DNA from: an uncultured Clostridia bacterium
GTDB taxonomy: Bacteria > Bacillota > Clostridia > Peptostreptococcales > Anaerovoracaceae
Length of the DNA: 64,000 nt
Reading direction: 5' to 3'
Assembly (NCBI GenBank): GCA_945876935.1
Contig: CAMCQA010000003.1
Coordinates: 7,008 to 71,007, forward strand
Both the position numbers and the translations under genes were made by a program. Position 1 is the first letter of the stretch; each line of letters opens with the position of its first letter. The notes under the pieces were generated by a model that worked only from the letters and a program-made list of their open reading frames with translations, was not told where the DNA came from and ran no database searches. Shown piece after piece: positions 19,284-29,870 of the stretch.

Positions 19284-19950
19284 TTTTCACCTCTTCTAAA
19301 ATTACATTTACAACTTCTTCAAGACTCATTGTGGTAGTATCAATCTCCAATGCATCATCAGCTTTTACAAGTGGATTAAGCTTGCGATTCATATCCTGAA
19401 AGTCTCTTTCTTCTATGTCTCTTAAAACCTGTTCTAAAGTAACATTCTGACCTTTTAAAACAAGTTCTTCAAATCTTCTTTTCGCTCTTTCCTCACTAGA
19501 GGCTGTCATATATATCTTAAACTTAGCATTTGGAAGAACATTGCTACCGATATCTCTGCCATCCATAACAATGGACTTCTTATTTCCCATAGCTCTTTGA
19601 ATATCTACAAGCTTAGATCTTACAATATTTTTTTGAGAAATTTTGGCAGCTAGCGAAGAAATCTCAGCATCTCTTATCTTATCGCTAACATCTTTCCCAT
19701 CTAAATATATTACACCTTTCACAAAATCTATATCTGTGCTCTCCATCATAGATGTTAAAGCTATATCATCATCTATATTTACACCTGCAACCTTAGATTT
19801 ATATGCAGCTGCTCTATACATAGCTCCCGTATCAATGTATTCAATACTAAGCTTATTTGCTATCATCTTAGCTATAGTGCTTTTTCCTGCTCCACCTGGG
19901 CCATCTATAGCTATCTGAAAAATTTCATTATACACTAAGTTATCTCCCAA
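19270..19950 (-). CDS. cmk: Cytidylate kinase
   Basis: IAIDGPGGAGKST, DTGAMYRA, VMDGRDIG, ERDFQD. Confidence 0.96.
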   Translation of the reverse strand: MGDNLVYNEIFQIAIDGPGGAGKSTIAKMIANKLSIEYIDTGAMYRAAAYKSKVAGVNIDDDIALTSMMESTDIDFVKGVIYLDGKDVSDKIRDAEISSLAAKISQKNIVRSKLVDIQRAMGNKKSIVMDGRDIGSNVLPNAKFKIYMTASSEERAKRRFEELVLKGQNVTLEQVLRDIEERDFQDMNRKLNPLVKADDALEIDTTTMSLEEVVNVILEEVKNGCS

Positions 19951-19952
19951 AA

Positions 19953-20417
19953 TTATTTTCTAACTTTTCTACCTAAAAGATTCTCTATCTCTGAAACAAA
20001 TGTATTTACATCAGTAAACTGTCTATATACTGAAGCAAATCTAACATAAGCAACTTCATCTAAATCCTTAAGTTTTTCCATTATAAGCTCTCCAACAAAA
20101 CTGCTAGAAACTTCTTTTTCCATAAGATTATTTAACCCTCTCTCTATATCAATGGCAATTCTCTCCATAGTTTCATAGGATACAGGTCTCTTTTCACAAG
20201 CTTTAATAATGCCACTTAGAACTTTATTTCTATCAAAGCTCTGTCTTGTTCCATCTTTTTTTACAACCATAAGAACAACTTCTTCAACCTTTTCATACGT
20301 TGTAAATCTTTTGTTACACTTATCACACTCTCTTCTTCTTCTCGTAGCATGACCTTCCTCAGTAGGTCTAGAGTCAACTACTTTTGTATCAGAATTTTCA
20401 CAGAAAGGACATTTCAT
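19953..20417 (-). CDS. nrdR: Transcriptional repressor NrdR
   Basis: MKCPFC...DSR...RRRREC..C..RFTTYE, ATP-cone, DEVAYVRFASVY. Confidence 0.97.
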   Translation of the reverse strand: MKCPFCENSDTKVVDSRPTEEGHATRRRRECDKCNKRFTTYEKVEEVVLMVVKKDGTRQSFDRNKVLSGIIKACEKRPVSYETMERIAIDIERGLNNLMEKEVSSSFVGELIMEKLKDLDEVAYVRFASVYRQFTDVNTFVSEIENLLGRKVRK

Positions 20418-20558
20418 ACTCTTCCTCCTATATGTATTTTAAAGTTTTATATATTATCTCTTCATTTTACTATAATTCTGCCTTTTTTTCCATAAAATTG
20501 AGTAAATCTATAGTCGCAAATAATAGTATCGAATAACAATGAAGATAAGACTATTAAA

Positions 20559-22544
20559 TTACTGTGCAAATATTAGATCAATCTCTCTATTTTCTACATC
20601 TACCCAGCTAACTTCTACAGTGACCTCATCTCCTAAAGAATATATCTTACCGGTAGACAAGCCGACCATTCTAAACCTTTCAGGTTCTGCCACAAATATA
20701 TCTTCATTCATATCATCTATTGATACTCTTCCATCGATGCATCCCTTAACTTCAACATAAAGACCATAATTTGTAAATCCACTTACAACACCCTTAAAAG
20801 TCTTTCCAATTTGCGAATGCATATACTCAGTTAGCTTCATCTTTTCTACATCTCTTTCAAGCTCCATTGTATCTCGTTCAATTTTGCTGCAATGGTTTGA
20901 AATTCTCTGGCACTTTTCTTTAAATTCATCGTTATCAATTTTAGAACTACCCTCTTTTATAACGCTCTTCAAAATCCTATGAACAATTAAATCTGGATAT
21001 CTTCTTATAGGTGAAGTAAAGTGACAATAGTTTTTTAGAGCTAAGCCAAAATGTCCCTCATTATCTACTGTGTACTCAGCCTTCTCCATGGAACGCAGCA
21101 TTGCTCTTTGGACTAAATCTTCACACTTTTCTCCTCTGCTATTATCTATTACTTCTTTAATTTGAAATGGTTTAATATCTGAAATATCTCCCCTTATATT
21201 AAGTCCTAGACCTCCTAAAAACTTCCTCATATCTAGCATTTTTTCTTCTTTTGGGCTTCTGTGATTTCTATATATAAAAGGTAATTCCATCCAAGATATA
21301 TAACTAGCTACACATTCATTTGCCTTAAGCATGAATTCTTCTATAATTCTATGAGCTATATTTCTTTCAGCTATAATGACATCCTTTGCTTTTCCATTTT
21401 TATCCAAAATAATCTTAGGTTCCTTAGTGTCAAAATCTATAGAACCTCTCTTATCTCTCTCCGAAATAAATATCTCAGCCAGTTCTCTCATCTTTATTAA
21501 TGTTTCTAACACTTCCCAACTAAGATCTGTTTCTTTTATTTTATCTTTATTTTCTAAGAGACTTGCCACAAGATTGTATGTCAATCTTGCCTTAGAGTTG
21601 ATAACGCTCTCAAAAATGGAGTAGTCTAACATTTTACCTTTGCTATCAAAAATCATCTCACATGAAAACGCCAATCTATCAACCTTTGGCTTAAGAGAAC
21701 ATAAATCGTTGGAAAGTTTTTCAGGAAGCATTGGAACTACCTGATTTAACAGGTAAACACTGTTTGCTCTTTTAAGAGCTTCCCTATCAATAACATCATC
21801 TTCCTTCACATAAAATGAAACATCGGCTATATGAACACCTAATTTATAAGTTCCATCATCTAAAATCTCTAGACTTACACCATCATCGAAATCCTTGCTG
21901 TCATCACCATCAATAGTAAAGATCATCTTATCTCTAAGATCCTTCCTATTTCTTATCTCTTTCTCTATAAGTGTTGGTCCTTCTATGGATTTTGCCTTAT
22001 TTATAACTTGTTCATCGAACTGAAGACTTCTTCCACTGCCAACAATCATAGCTTTAATATCTCCACCAGGCTGACCATCTTTTGAAATTATTTCTAAAAC
22101 TTTGCCCTCTGGACTTGAAGTCGCTGTCTTATACTTTGTTATCTCAACTCTTACAATATCTCCATCTTTGGCACCTTTAAGGTTTCTTCCTCTAATAAAG
22201 ATATCATCTCTAAGTCTATTGTTAGAAGGTATGACAAAACCGTACTCTTTATTTCTGTCCATCGTTCCTACAATATGAGTATGGGCTCTTTCTAAAACTT
22301 TAATAACTCTTCCTTCAGGAGAATTCTTCCATGTATTTTTAGGCTCTAAAGCAAGAATAACCTTATCTCCATCCATAGCATCCTTAAGATTATTCTTCTT
22401 TACAAACACATCTCCAAGGTCCCATTTCAGATCTTCCTTTACTTGATCATCTAAAATTAAAAATCCGAACCCTCTCTTATGTACAGAAACAGTTCCTACT
22501 AACTCATATTTTTTCTTTTTCTTAATCTTTTTATTTTTAATCAT
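20559..22544 (-). CDS. rnr: Ribonuclease R
   Basis: CSD domains, FTIDGDDSKDFDD, HFTSPIRRYPDL, C-terminal S1. The ORF-track ATG (22574) lies inside the secG terminator, so 22544 is preferred. Confidence 0.94.
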   Translation of the reverse strand: MIKNKKIKKKKKYELVGTVSVHKRGFGFLILDDQVKEDLKWDLGDVFVKKNNLKDAMDGDKVILALEPKNTWKNSPEGRVIKVLERAHTHIVGTMDRNKEYGFVIPSNNRLRDDIFIRGRNLKGAKDGDIVRVEITKYKTATSSPEGKVLEIISKDGQPGGDIKAMIVGSGRSLQFDEQVINKAKSIEGPTLIEKEIRNRKDLRDKMIFTIDGDDSKDFDDGVSLEILDDGTYKLGVHIADVSFYVKEDDVIDREALKRANSVYLLNQVVPMLPEKLSNDLCSLKPKVDRLAFSCEMIFDSKGKMLDYSIFESVINSKARLTYNLVASLLENKDKIKETDLSWEVLETLIKMRELAEIFISERDKRGSIDFDTKEPKIILDKNGKAKDVIIAERNIAHRIIEEFMLKANECVASYISWMELPFIYRNHRSPKEEKMLDMRKFLGGLGLNIRGDISDIKPFQIKEVIDNSRGEKCEDLVQRAMLRSMEKAEYTVDNEGHFGLALKNYCHFTSPIRRYPDLIVHRILKSVIKEGSSKIDNDEFKEKCQRISNHCSKIERDTMELERDVEKMKLTEYMHSQIGKTFKGVVSGFTNYGLYVEVKGCIDGRVSIDDMNEDIFVAEPERFRMVGLSTGKIYSLGDEVTVEVSWVDVENREIDLIFAQ

Positions 22545-22561
22545 ATTTCCCTTAAAAATAG

Positions 22562-22588
22562 AAACGGATGACATAAAGCCATCCGTTT
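22562..22588 (-). terminator. Intrinsic terminator after secG
   Basis: AAACGGAUG-loop-CAUCCGUUU followed by CUAUUUUU. Confidence 0.6.
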
Positions 22589-22631
22589 TAAACTCTTATT
22601 GTTTTAAACTTTATAAAATTTCAAACCTAGA

Positions 22632-22871
22632 CTAAAAACCTCTAGCTTCCAATGTTACTATAACAAGAGATAGAACAATGAAAAGAACTGCACATACAGT
22701 TGAAATTTTATTTAAAAGTCCTTCATATCCTCTGCTTTTTTTCTTTCCGAAAAGCTGCTCAGCACCACCACCGATAGAACCTGATAAACCATCGCTATTG
22801 CTTGATTGCATAAGAATGCTAAGGATTAGAACAACGGACAATACAAGCATCAATATCATTAGTAATGTCAT
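22632..22871 (-). CDS. secG: Preprotein translocase subunit SecG
   Basis: Two TM helices flanking QSSNSDGLSGSIGGGAEQLFG; eno-secG-rnr order. Confidence 0.93.
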   Translation of the reverse strand: MTLLMILMLVLSVVLILSILMQSSNSDGLSGSIGGGAEQLFGKKKSRGYEGLLNKISTVCAVLFIVLSLVIVTLEARGF

Positions 22872-22934
22872 CTTTTTCCCTCCACTATATTAAATCATTA
22901 AGAAAGTATATCATACTTAATAATTTATTTCAAG

Positions 22935-24236
<1,302 letters not shown>

Positions 24237-24281
24237 CTAAGTTATCTAATATTAAAGATGATATATATTCTAACATCATCT

Positions 24282-25037
24282 CTATTTATCAAAATTAACA
24301 ATCTTCGTAAATTTATTCCAGTTTAAACTAGCTCCACCAACTAAGGCTCCATCAATATTAGGCATAGTCAAAAGCTTCATGGCATTTTCATCATTTACGC
24401 TGCCACCATACTGAATAATAATTTTATCAGCTGATTCTTTATCATAAAGCTCTTCTATTTTATTTCTTATGAAAGCACACATTTCTTCCGCTTCTTCAGG
24501 TGTAGCAACCTTGCCAGTTCCTATTGCCCAAATAGGCTCATATGCTATAGTAACAAGACCTAATTCATCTTTAGAAATTCCAGCTAATCCCTTTTCAAGT
24601 TGATATGAAGAAACATCGAAAGCTTTTCCTTCTTCTCTTTCTTCTAAACTTTCTCCTATACATAGGATAGCTTCCATCTCAGATGCTATCAAAGCCCTAA
24701 CCTTATTATTGATTAGCTCATCAGATTCTCCAAAAATATTTCGTCTTTCGCTATGCCCTACTATAGAGCCCTTAACCTTCGCTGACTTTAGCATAGGTAT
24801 AGAAATCTCTCCAGTAAAAGCCCCTTCCTTTTCGAAGTAAACATTTTGAGCATAAATGTTAATACCTTTGCTTTGTAAAGCATCACTCATATATGATAAA
24901 TGAATAGATGGAGGACAAATACCTATTTTTACAGCAGATTTATTGTCTTCTTTTAAATCAATATCATTTATGAAAGACTTAACATCTTCCATATCTTTAA
25001 ACATCTTCCAGTTTCCAGCAATAAACTTATTTCTCAA
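24282..25037 (-). CDS. tpiA: Triosephosphate isomerase
   Basis: AGNWKM, GHSERR, AYEPIWAIGTG, YGGSV, LVGGASL. Confidence 0.98.
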   Translation of the reverse strand: MRNKFIAGNWKMFKDMEDVKSFINDIDLKEDNKSAVKIGICPPSIHLSYMSDALQSKGINIYAQNVYFEKEGAFTGEISIPMLKSAKVKGSIVGHSERRNIFGESDELINNKVRALIASEMEAILCIGESLEEREEGKAFDVSSYQLEKGLAGISKDELGLVTIAYEPIWAIGTGKVATPEEAEEMCAFIRNKIEELYDKESADKIIIQYGGSVNDENAMKLLTMPNIDGALVGGASLNWNKFTKIVNFDK

Positions 25038-25053
25038 TTTTTCTCTCCTAATT

Positions 25054-26235
25054 TTATTTATCTTCCAAAGCTACAATACCTGGTAAAACCTTACCTTCTA
25101 GATATTCCATAGATGCTCCACCACCTGTTGATATATGAGTCATCTTATCTGATAAGCCAAACTGCTTAGCAGCTGCTGCACTGTCTCCTCCACCAACTAT
25201 TGTAATAGCATCGCTTTCTGCTAGTGCTTCTGCAAGACTTCTTGTACCTTTCTCAAAGTTTGGCATTTCAAAGACTCCAACAGGTCCATTCCAAATCACT
25301 GTATTAGCCTTTGATATAGCAGATTTGAATAGCTCTATGCTCTTTTCACCTATATCAAGACCCATCATGTCCACTGGAATCTTATCTGCATCCACAGATT
25401 TAATTTCTGTATCATTTTTGAACTCTTTACCACACAAAGTATCAACAGGAATTAAAAGCTCTACACCCTTTTCCTCAGCTTTCTTCATAAGACTTTCTGC
25501 TAAATCGATACTTTCTGCATCTAAAAGAGAATTTCCTATTTCATAGCCTTTTGCTTTAAAGAAAGTATATGCCATTCCTCCTCCGATTATTAACATATCT
25601 ACCTTTGAAAGCATGTTTTCAATAAGTTTTATTTTATCACTTACCTTTGAGCCTCCCATAATAGCTAACAGAGGACGCTTAGGCTCTTCAACTGCTTCTC
25701 CTAGATATTTAACTTCTTTTTCTATTAGGAGTCCTGATACAGCAGGAATGTAATCAGCTATACCAGCTGTTGAACAATGAGCTCTGTGGGCAGTACCAAA
25801 AGCATCATTTACAAATACATCACCTAATTCTGAAAGTTCTTTGGAGAAGGCTTCATCATTCTTAGTCTCCTCACTTCTGAATCTAACATTTTCTAGCAAG
25901 GCAACTCTTTCATTCATATCCGCAATTTCTGATTTAACCTTTTCATCAACAACTCTATCTGATTGAGCAAAAAGAACTGATTCATTAAGCAGCTCAGATA
26001 ATCTGTCAGCCACCTTTCTTAGTGAAAATTCTTCCTTAGGCTCACCCTTAGGTCTTCCCATATGAGACATGATAATAACTTTGCAACCCTCATCTAGAAG
26101 ATGCTTTATAGTAGGAAGAGCGGCTCTTATTCTTATATCATCTGTAATCTCTCCATCTACAACAGGAACGTTAAAATCACATCTAACTAATGCTTTTTTT
26201 CCTTTTAAATCAATATCTCTAATAGTCTTTTTCAT
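25054..26235 (-). CDS. pgk: Phosphoglycerate kinase
   Basis: [38 protein letters not shown]. Confidence 0.98.
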   Translation of the reverse strand: MKKTIRDIDLKGKKALVRCDFNVPVVDGEITDDIRIRAALPTIKHLLDEGCKVIIMSHMGRPKGEPKEEFSLRKVADRLSELLNESVLFAQSDRVVDEKVKSEIADMNERVALLENVRFRSEETKNDEAFSKELSELGDVFVNDAFGTAHRAHCSTAGIADYIPAVSGLLIEKEVKYLGEAVEEPKRPLLAIMGGSKVSDKIKLIENMLSKVDMLIIGGGMAYTFFKAKGYEIGNSLLDAESIDLAESLMKKAEEKGVELLIPVDTLCGKEFKNDTEIKSVDADKIPVDMMGLDIGEKSIELFKSAISKANTVIWNGPVGVFEMPNFEKGTRSLAEALAESDAITIVGGGDSAAAAKQFGLSDKMTHISTGGGASMEYLEGKVLPGIVALEDK

Positions 26236-26313
26236 AAAATTCCACTTTCTATGCTATATTTGTAAATTTAAATTATGCCATTTACATATTTCTGCAAATG
26301 GCATAGATTTTTC

Positions 26314-27330
26314 TTATTTATTGTCAACGCTGTGCATATACTTCATAAGCTCTAAACACTTATTTGAATATCCGTATTCATTGTCATAGTATGCTACAAG
26401 TTTGAAGAACTTATCATTAAGTTCAATACCTTGTCTAGCATCGAAAATTGATGTATGTGAATCACCAATAAAGTCTAGAGAAACAACTTCATCATCCACA
26501 TATTCAAGAATACCCTTTAGATATGTTTCACTAGCTTCCTTAACCTTAGCACAAATTTCTTCATAGCTTGTTGGCTTTTCTAAAACTAGATTTAAATCTA
26601 CCAAAGAAACGTCAGCAGTAGGAACTCTATACGATATACCTGTCATCTTACCTTTTAAGTCTGGAATTACTAAACCAACAGCTTTAGCAGCACCAGTAGT
26701 TGTAGGTATGATATTACCAAATACTGATCTTCCTGTTCTCCAATCCTTCATCGATCTTGCATCCACAACTTTCTGCTTAGCTGTAGCAGCATGAATAGTG
26801 GACATAAGACCTTCCTTAATTCCCCAATTGTCATTGATTACCTTAGCTAAAGGAGCTAAGCAGTTTGTAGTACATGAAGCATTTGATACTACATGGTAAT
26901 CTGAAGTGTATTCTTCATTATTAACACCCATTACATATGTAGGTGTATCCTGATCTTTAGCTGGAGCTGAAATTATAACTTTCTTTGCTCCTGCCTTAAT
27001 GTGATCCATAGCTTTCTCAGTAGTAGTGTATGCTCCTGTACCTTCTAAGATATACTCTGCTCCGCATTCTGACCAAGGAATATCGATAGCCTGCTCACAG
27101 CTGTAAACAGGTATTTCCTTTCCATCTATTGTGATACCTTTATCATACTTTCCTACTTCTCCTGGAAATCTTCCAAAAGTTGAATCATATTTCAACATAT
27201 AAACTAAATAGTCTATATCAGCATTTCTAACATTTATTCCTCTAATATCTATTTCTGGGTCATTGTAAGCCGCTCTGATAACAACTCTACTAATTCTACC
27301 AAATCCGCTTATCCCAACTTTAACTGCCAT
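26314..27330 (-). CDS. gap: Glyceraldehyde-3-phosphate dehydrogenase (type I, atypical coenzyme residues)
   Basis: ASCTTNCLAP catalytic motif, NIIPTTTGAAKAV, YDNEYGYS. Confidence 0.96.
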   Translation of the reverse strand: MAVKVGISGFGRISRVVIRAAYNDPEIDIRGINVRNADIDYLVYMLKYDSTFGRFPGEVGKYDKGITIDGKEIPVYSCEQAIDIPWSECGAEYILEGTGAYTTTEKAMDHIKAGAKKVIISAPAKDQDTPTYVMGVNNEEYTSDYHVVSNASCTTNCLAPLAKVINDNWGIKEGLMSTIHAATAKQKVVDARSMKDWRTGRSVFGNIIPTTTGAAKAVGLVIPDLKGKMTGISYRVPTADVSLVDLNLVLEKPTSYEEICAKVKEASETYLKGILEYVDDEVVSLDFIGDSHTSIFDARQGIELNDKFFKLVAYYDNEYGYSNKCLELMKYMHSVDNK

Positions 27331-27378
27331 AATTTCCTCCTATGTAAAGTATTTCAGTTCGTAATATTTTCTCAGTAT

Positions 27379-27415
27379 ATTATAATACAATTTACCCATA
27401 CTTTTCAAGGGTAAA
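27379..27415 (-). promoter_or_regulatory. Promoter of the gap operon with an overlapping inverted repeat
   Basis: TTGAAA (27403-27408), 18 bp spacer, TATAAT (27379-27384); TTTACCC-N11-GGGTAAA at 27391-27415. Confidence 0.55.
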
Positions 27416-27466
27416 AGCTTTTTTCACTCTTATTTGTATAGCTTAAAACTAGTAATACTAATCTTT

Positions 27467-27964
27467 TTAGCTCAGCCCATCAAAGTTTAGTTGCCTTAGA
27501 GCTTCAAACAAAATTATATTTACTGCATTTGATAAATTGAGCGATCTCAGTCTAGCATCTTCTCCCATAGGTATTCTAATAGCACAGTCTTTATTATTAG
27601 CTATCAGCTCTTTTGGCAAACCTTTGCTCTCTGCACCAAATAAAATCATATCTCCGTCCACAAACTTTGAGTCAGAATAGATATGTCCACCTTTTGTTGT
27701 AGCTAAAAACATTCTTCTATCCTTGTATTTATCTAAAAATTCTTCCAAACTATCATGTACTTCAAGGGATAAAAACTCCCAATAATCTAAACCTGCTCTC
27801 TTAACTGACTTTTCATCTATTTGAAAGCCTAAGGGTCTAACTAAGTGAAGTTTTGTTCCTGTAGCGGCACAGCTCCTAGCAATATTGCCTGTGTTACCTG
27901 GAATCTCCGGTGTAACTAAAACAACTTCAACTCCCTTTTTCATATTATCCATAACACTCTCCAA
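27467..27964 (-). CDS. trmL: tRNA (cytidine/uridine-34 2'-O)-methyltransferase
   Basis: PEIPGNTGNIARSC, RAGLDYW, FGAESKGLP, RSLNLSN SPOUT motifs. Confidence 0.95.
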   Translation of the reverse strand: MESVMDNMKKGVEVVLVTPEIPGNTGNIARSCAATGTKLHLVRPLGFQIDEKSVKRAGLDYWEFLSLEVHDSLEEFLDKYKDRRMFLATTKGGHIYSDSKFVDGDMILFGAESKGLPKELIANNKDCAIRIPMGEDARLRSLNLSNAVNIILFEALRQLNFDGLS

Positions 27965-28032
27965 TCTAAATCATAATTAAAAGTATAGCACTTAAATAAA
28001 ATTACTACAACGATATAAGTAGCCCTTCTTTG

Positions 28033-28041
28033 TGGTATAAT
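28033..28041 (+). promoter_or_regulatory. Extended -10 promoter for rqcH
   Basis: TG-G-TATAAT, followed by an AGAGGTG RBS before ATG 28069. Confidence 0.55.
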
Positions 28042-28068
28042 CTTTTTATTGATTAAAAGAGGTGAATT

Positions 28069-29757
28069 ATGGCATTTGATGGATTTCTAACAAGAGGAAT
28101 AAGAAATGAGTTATCAAAACTTCTAGTTGGTGGAAGAATAGATAAAATATATCATCCTAGCAGGTTTGATCTAATATTTGTTATCCACAATAATAAAGAA
28201 AAGTACAAGTTGATGATTTCGGCTGATTCCAGCCATTTCGGAGTTTATATTACAGATGAAAACTATGAGAACCCTAAGACTCCTAGTTCTTTTAATATGC
28301 TTTTAAGAAAGCATCTATCCGGTGGAAAAATACTTGGTATAAATCAAGTTGAATGGGAAAGAATTTTAGAAATATCTATCGAATGTAAAGATGAGATGGG
28401 CTATTTCATAGAAAAAAAGTTAATTGTTGAAATCATGAATAAACATAGTAATGTAATAATCACAAATGCCCAAGATAACAAAATCATAGATGCCATGAAA
28501 AGAGTTTCTATAGATACTAGCTCTGTAAGACAGCTTCTTCCGTCAATGATATATGACTATCCACCTAGTCAAAATAAAATCTCACCTGAATCATTTATTT
28601 TATTAGATACTAAAGATATTGAAAGCTTTAGGACTCATAAAGATATTTTAAACAGTGTATGTGGAATTTCGCCAGCTATGGCTATAAACTTATTCGAAAG
28701 TTCTAATTCACAAAGTCTTATGAAAGATTATATTGAAAAATTAAACAGCGATAGTCTTGAGAGCATCGTTTATTTGGATAAAGACAAAACTCCGAAAGAT
28801 TTCCACACTCTTCCTTTAAATAACCTAGAGTCGCTAAGCAAAGTGTCCTTTGATAACATAAGTAAAGGCATAAGCTACTATTATTCTCATAGAGAGGATA
28901 GCAATAGGCTCAGACAGAAATCTTCCGCTCTTGAAAAGACTTTAAAAGCTCACATAAAAAAACTTACATTAAAACAATCGAGGCTTTTAGATGATATGGA
29001 TAAAGCTAGAAGAGCTGAAATATATCAGCTATATGGAGAGTTATTAACAGCTAATCTTCATATCATAAAAGATAGCAGCAAGCCTGCTAGAGTTTTCAAT
29101 TACTACGACAATACGGAAATTGAGATTCCTATGGATGGAAAACTATCTCCTGTAAAAAACTCTCAAAACTACTTTAAAAAGTTCAATAAATCTAAAAGAG
29201 CTCTGATAGAGAAAGAGAATCAGCTTGAGAGTACAGCGATAGAACTTTCTTATCTTTCTACTACACTAGATCTACTTCAACTTGCAGATAGTGTTGCAAC
29301 AATAGATGAAATAAAAGATGAGCTTATGGATGCTGGATATATTAAGGAAAGAAAGGCCGATAATAGAGGTAAAAAATCTGCAAAACGAGATTTACTATCT
29401 TATGTTTCTCCAACCGGAAAAAAAGTGTTCGTGGGAAGAAATAATAAGGAGAATGATTATCTTTCAACTAAGTATGCGTCAAACTCTGATCTATGGTTTC
29501 ATACTAAAGATATATCGGGCTCTCATGTAATTTTATCTCTAGAAGGAAAGGCACCTGAAGATGATGATATAGTATTTGCTAGTCAACTTGCTGCTTACCA
29601 CAGCAAAGGTAGACTATCTGAAAATGTTCCAGTAGATTATACCTACATAAAGTACGTAAAGAAACCTAAAGGTGCTAAGCTTGGCATGGTCATATTTACC
29701 GATAATAAGACGATTTATGTTAATCCAGCCAACATTGAAAGTCAAGTTCAAAATTGA
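28069..29757 (+). CDS. rqcH: Ribosome quality control protein RqcH (FbpA/NFACT family)
   Basis: MAFDG, MLLRKHL, EIMNKHSN, VGRNNKEND, WFHTKDISGSHV, VPVDYT. Confidence 0.93.
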   Translation: MAFDGFLTRGIRNELSKLLVGGRIDKIYHPSRFDLIFVIHNNKEKYKLMISADSSHFGVYITDENYENPKTPSSFNMLLRKHLSGGKILGINQVEWERILEISIECKDEMGYFIEKKLIVEIMNKHSNVIITNAQDNKIIDAMKRVSIDTSSVRQLLPSMIYDYPPSQNKISPESFILLDTKDIESFRTHKDILNSVCGISPAMAINLFESSNSQSLMKDYIEKLNSDSLESIVYLDKDKTPKDFHTLPLNNLESLSKVSFDNISKGISYYYSHREDSNRLRQKSSALEKTLKAHIKKLTLKQSRLLDDMDKARRAEIYQLYGELLTANLHIIKDSSKPARVFNYYDNTEIEIPMDGKLSPVKNSQNYFKKFNKSKRALIEKENQLESTAIELSYLSTTLDLLQLADSVATIDEIKDELMDAGYIKERKADNRGKKSAKRDLLSYVSPTGKKVFVGRNNKENDYLSTKYASNSDLWFHTKDISGSHVILSLEGKAPEDDDIVFASQLAAYHSKGRLSENVPVDYTYIKYVKKPKGAKLGMVIFTDNKTIYVNPANIESQVQN

Positions 29758-29769
29758 AACAAATAATTT

Positions 29770-29843
29770 AAAGATGCTTAAGGACTTATCTTAGCATCTT
29801 TTTAAAGAAATATCCCCTCAACTCACTAGAGTTAAGGGGATAT
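29770..29843. terminator. Two back-to-back terminator hairpins between convergent rqcH and fprA
   Basis: AAAGATGCT..AGCATCTTTTT (29770-29803) and ATATCCCCT..AGGGGATAT (29810-29843). Confidence 0.7.
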
Positions 29844-29870
29844 ATTAAGTTCTGAAATATTTTTATTTAC

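Noticed and set aside
29770-29843. IS200/IS605 end hairpins or REP elements
   Set aside because: No tnpA/tnpB nearby and no other copies in the window; the position between convergent genes fits terminators.
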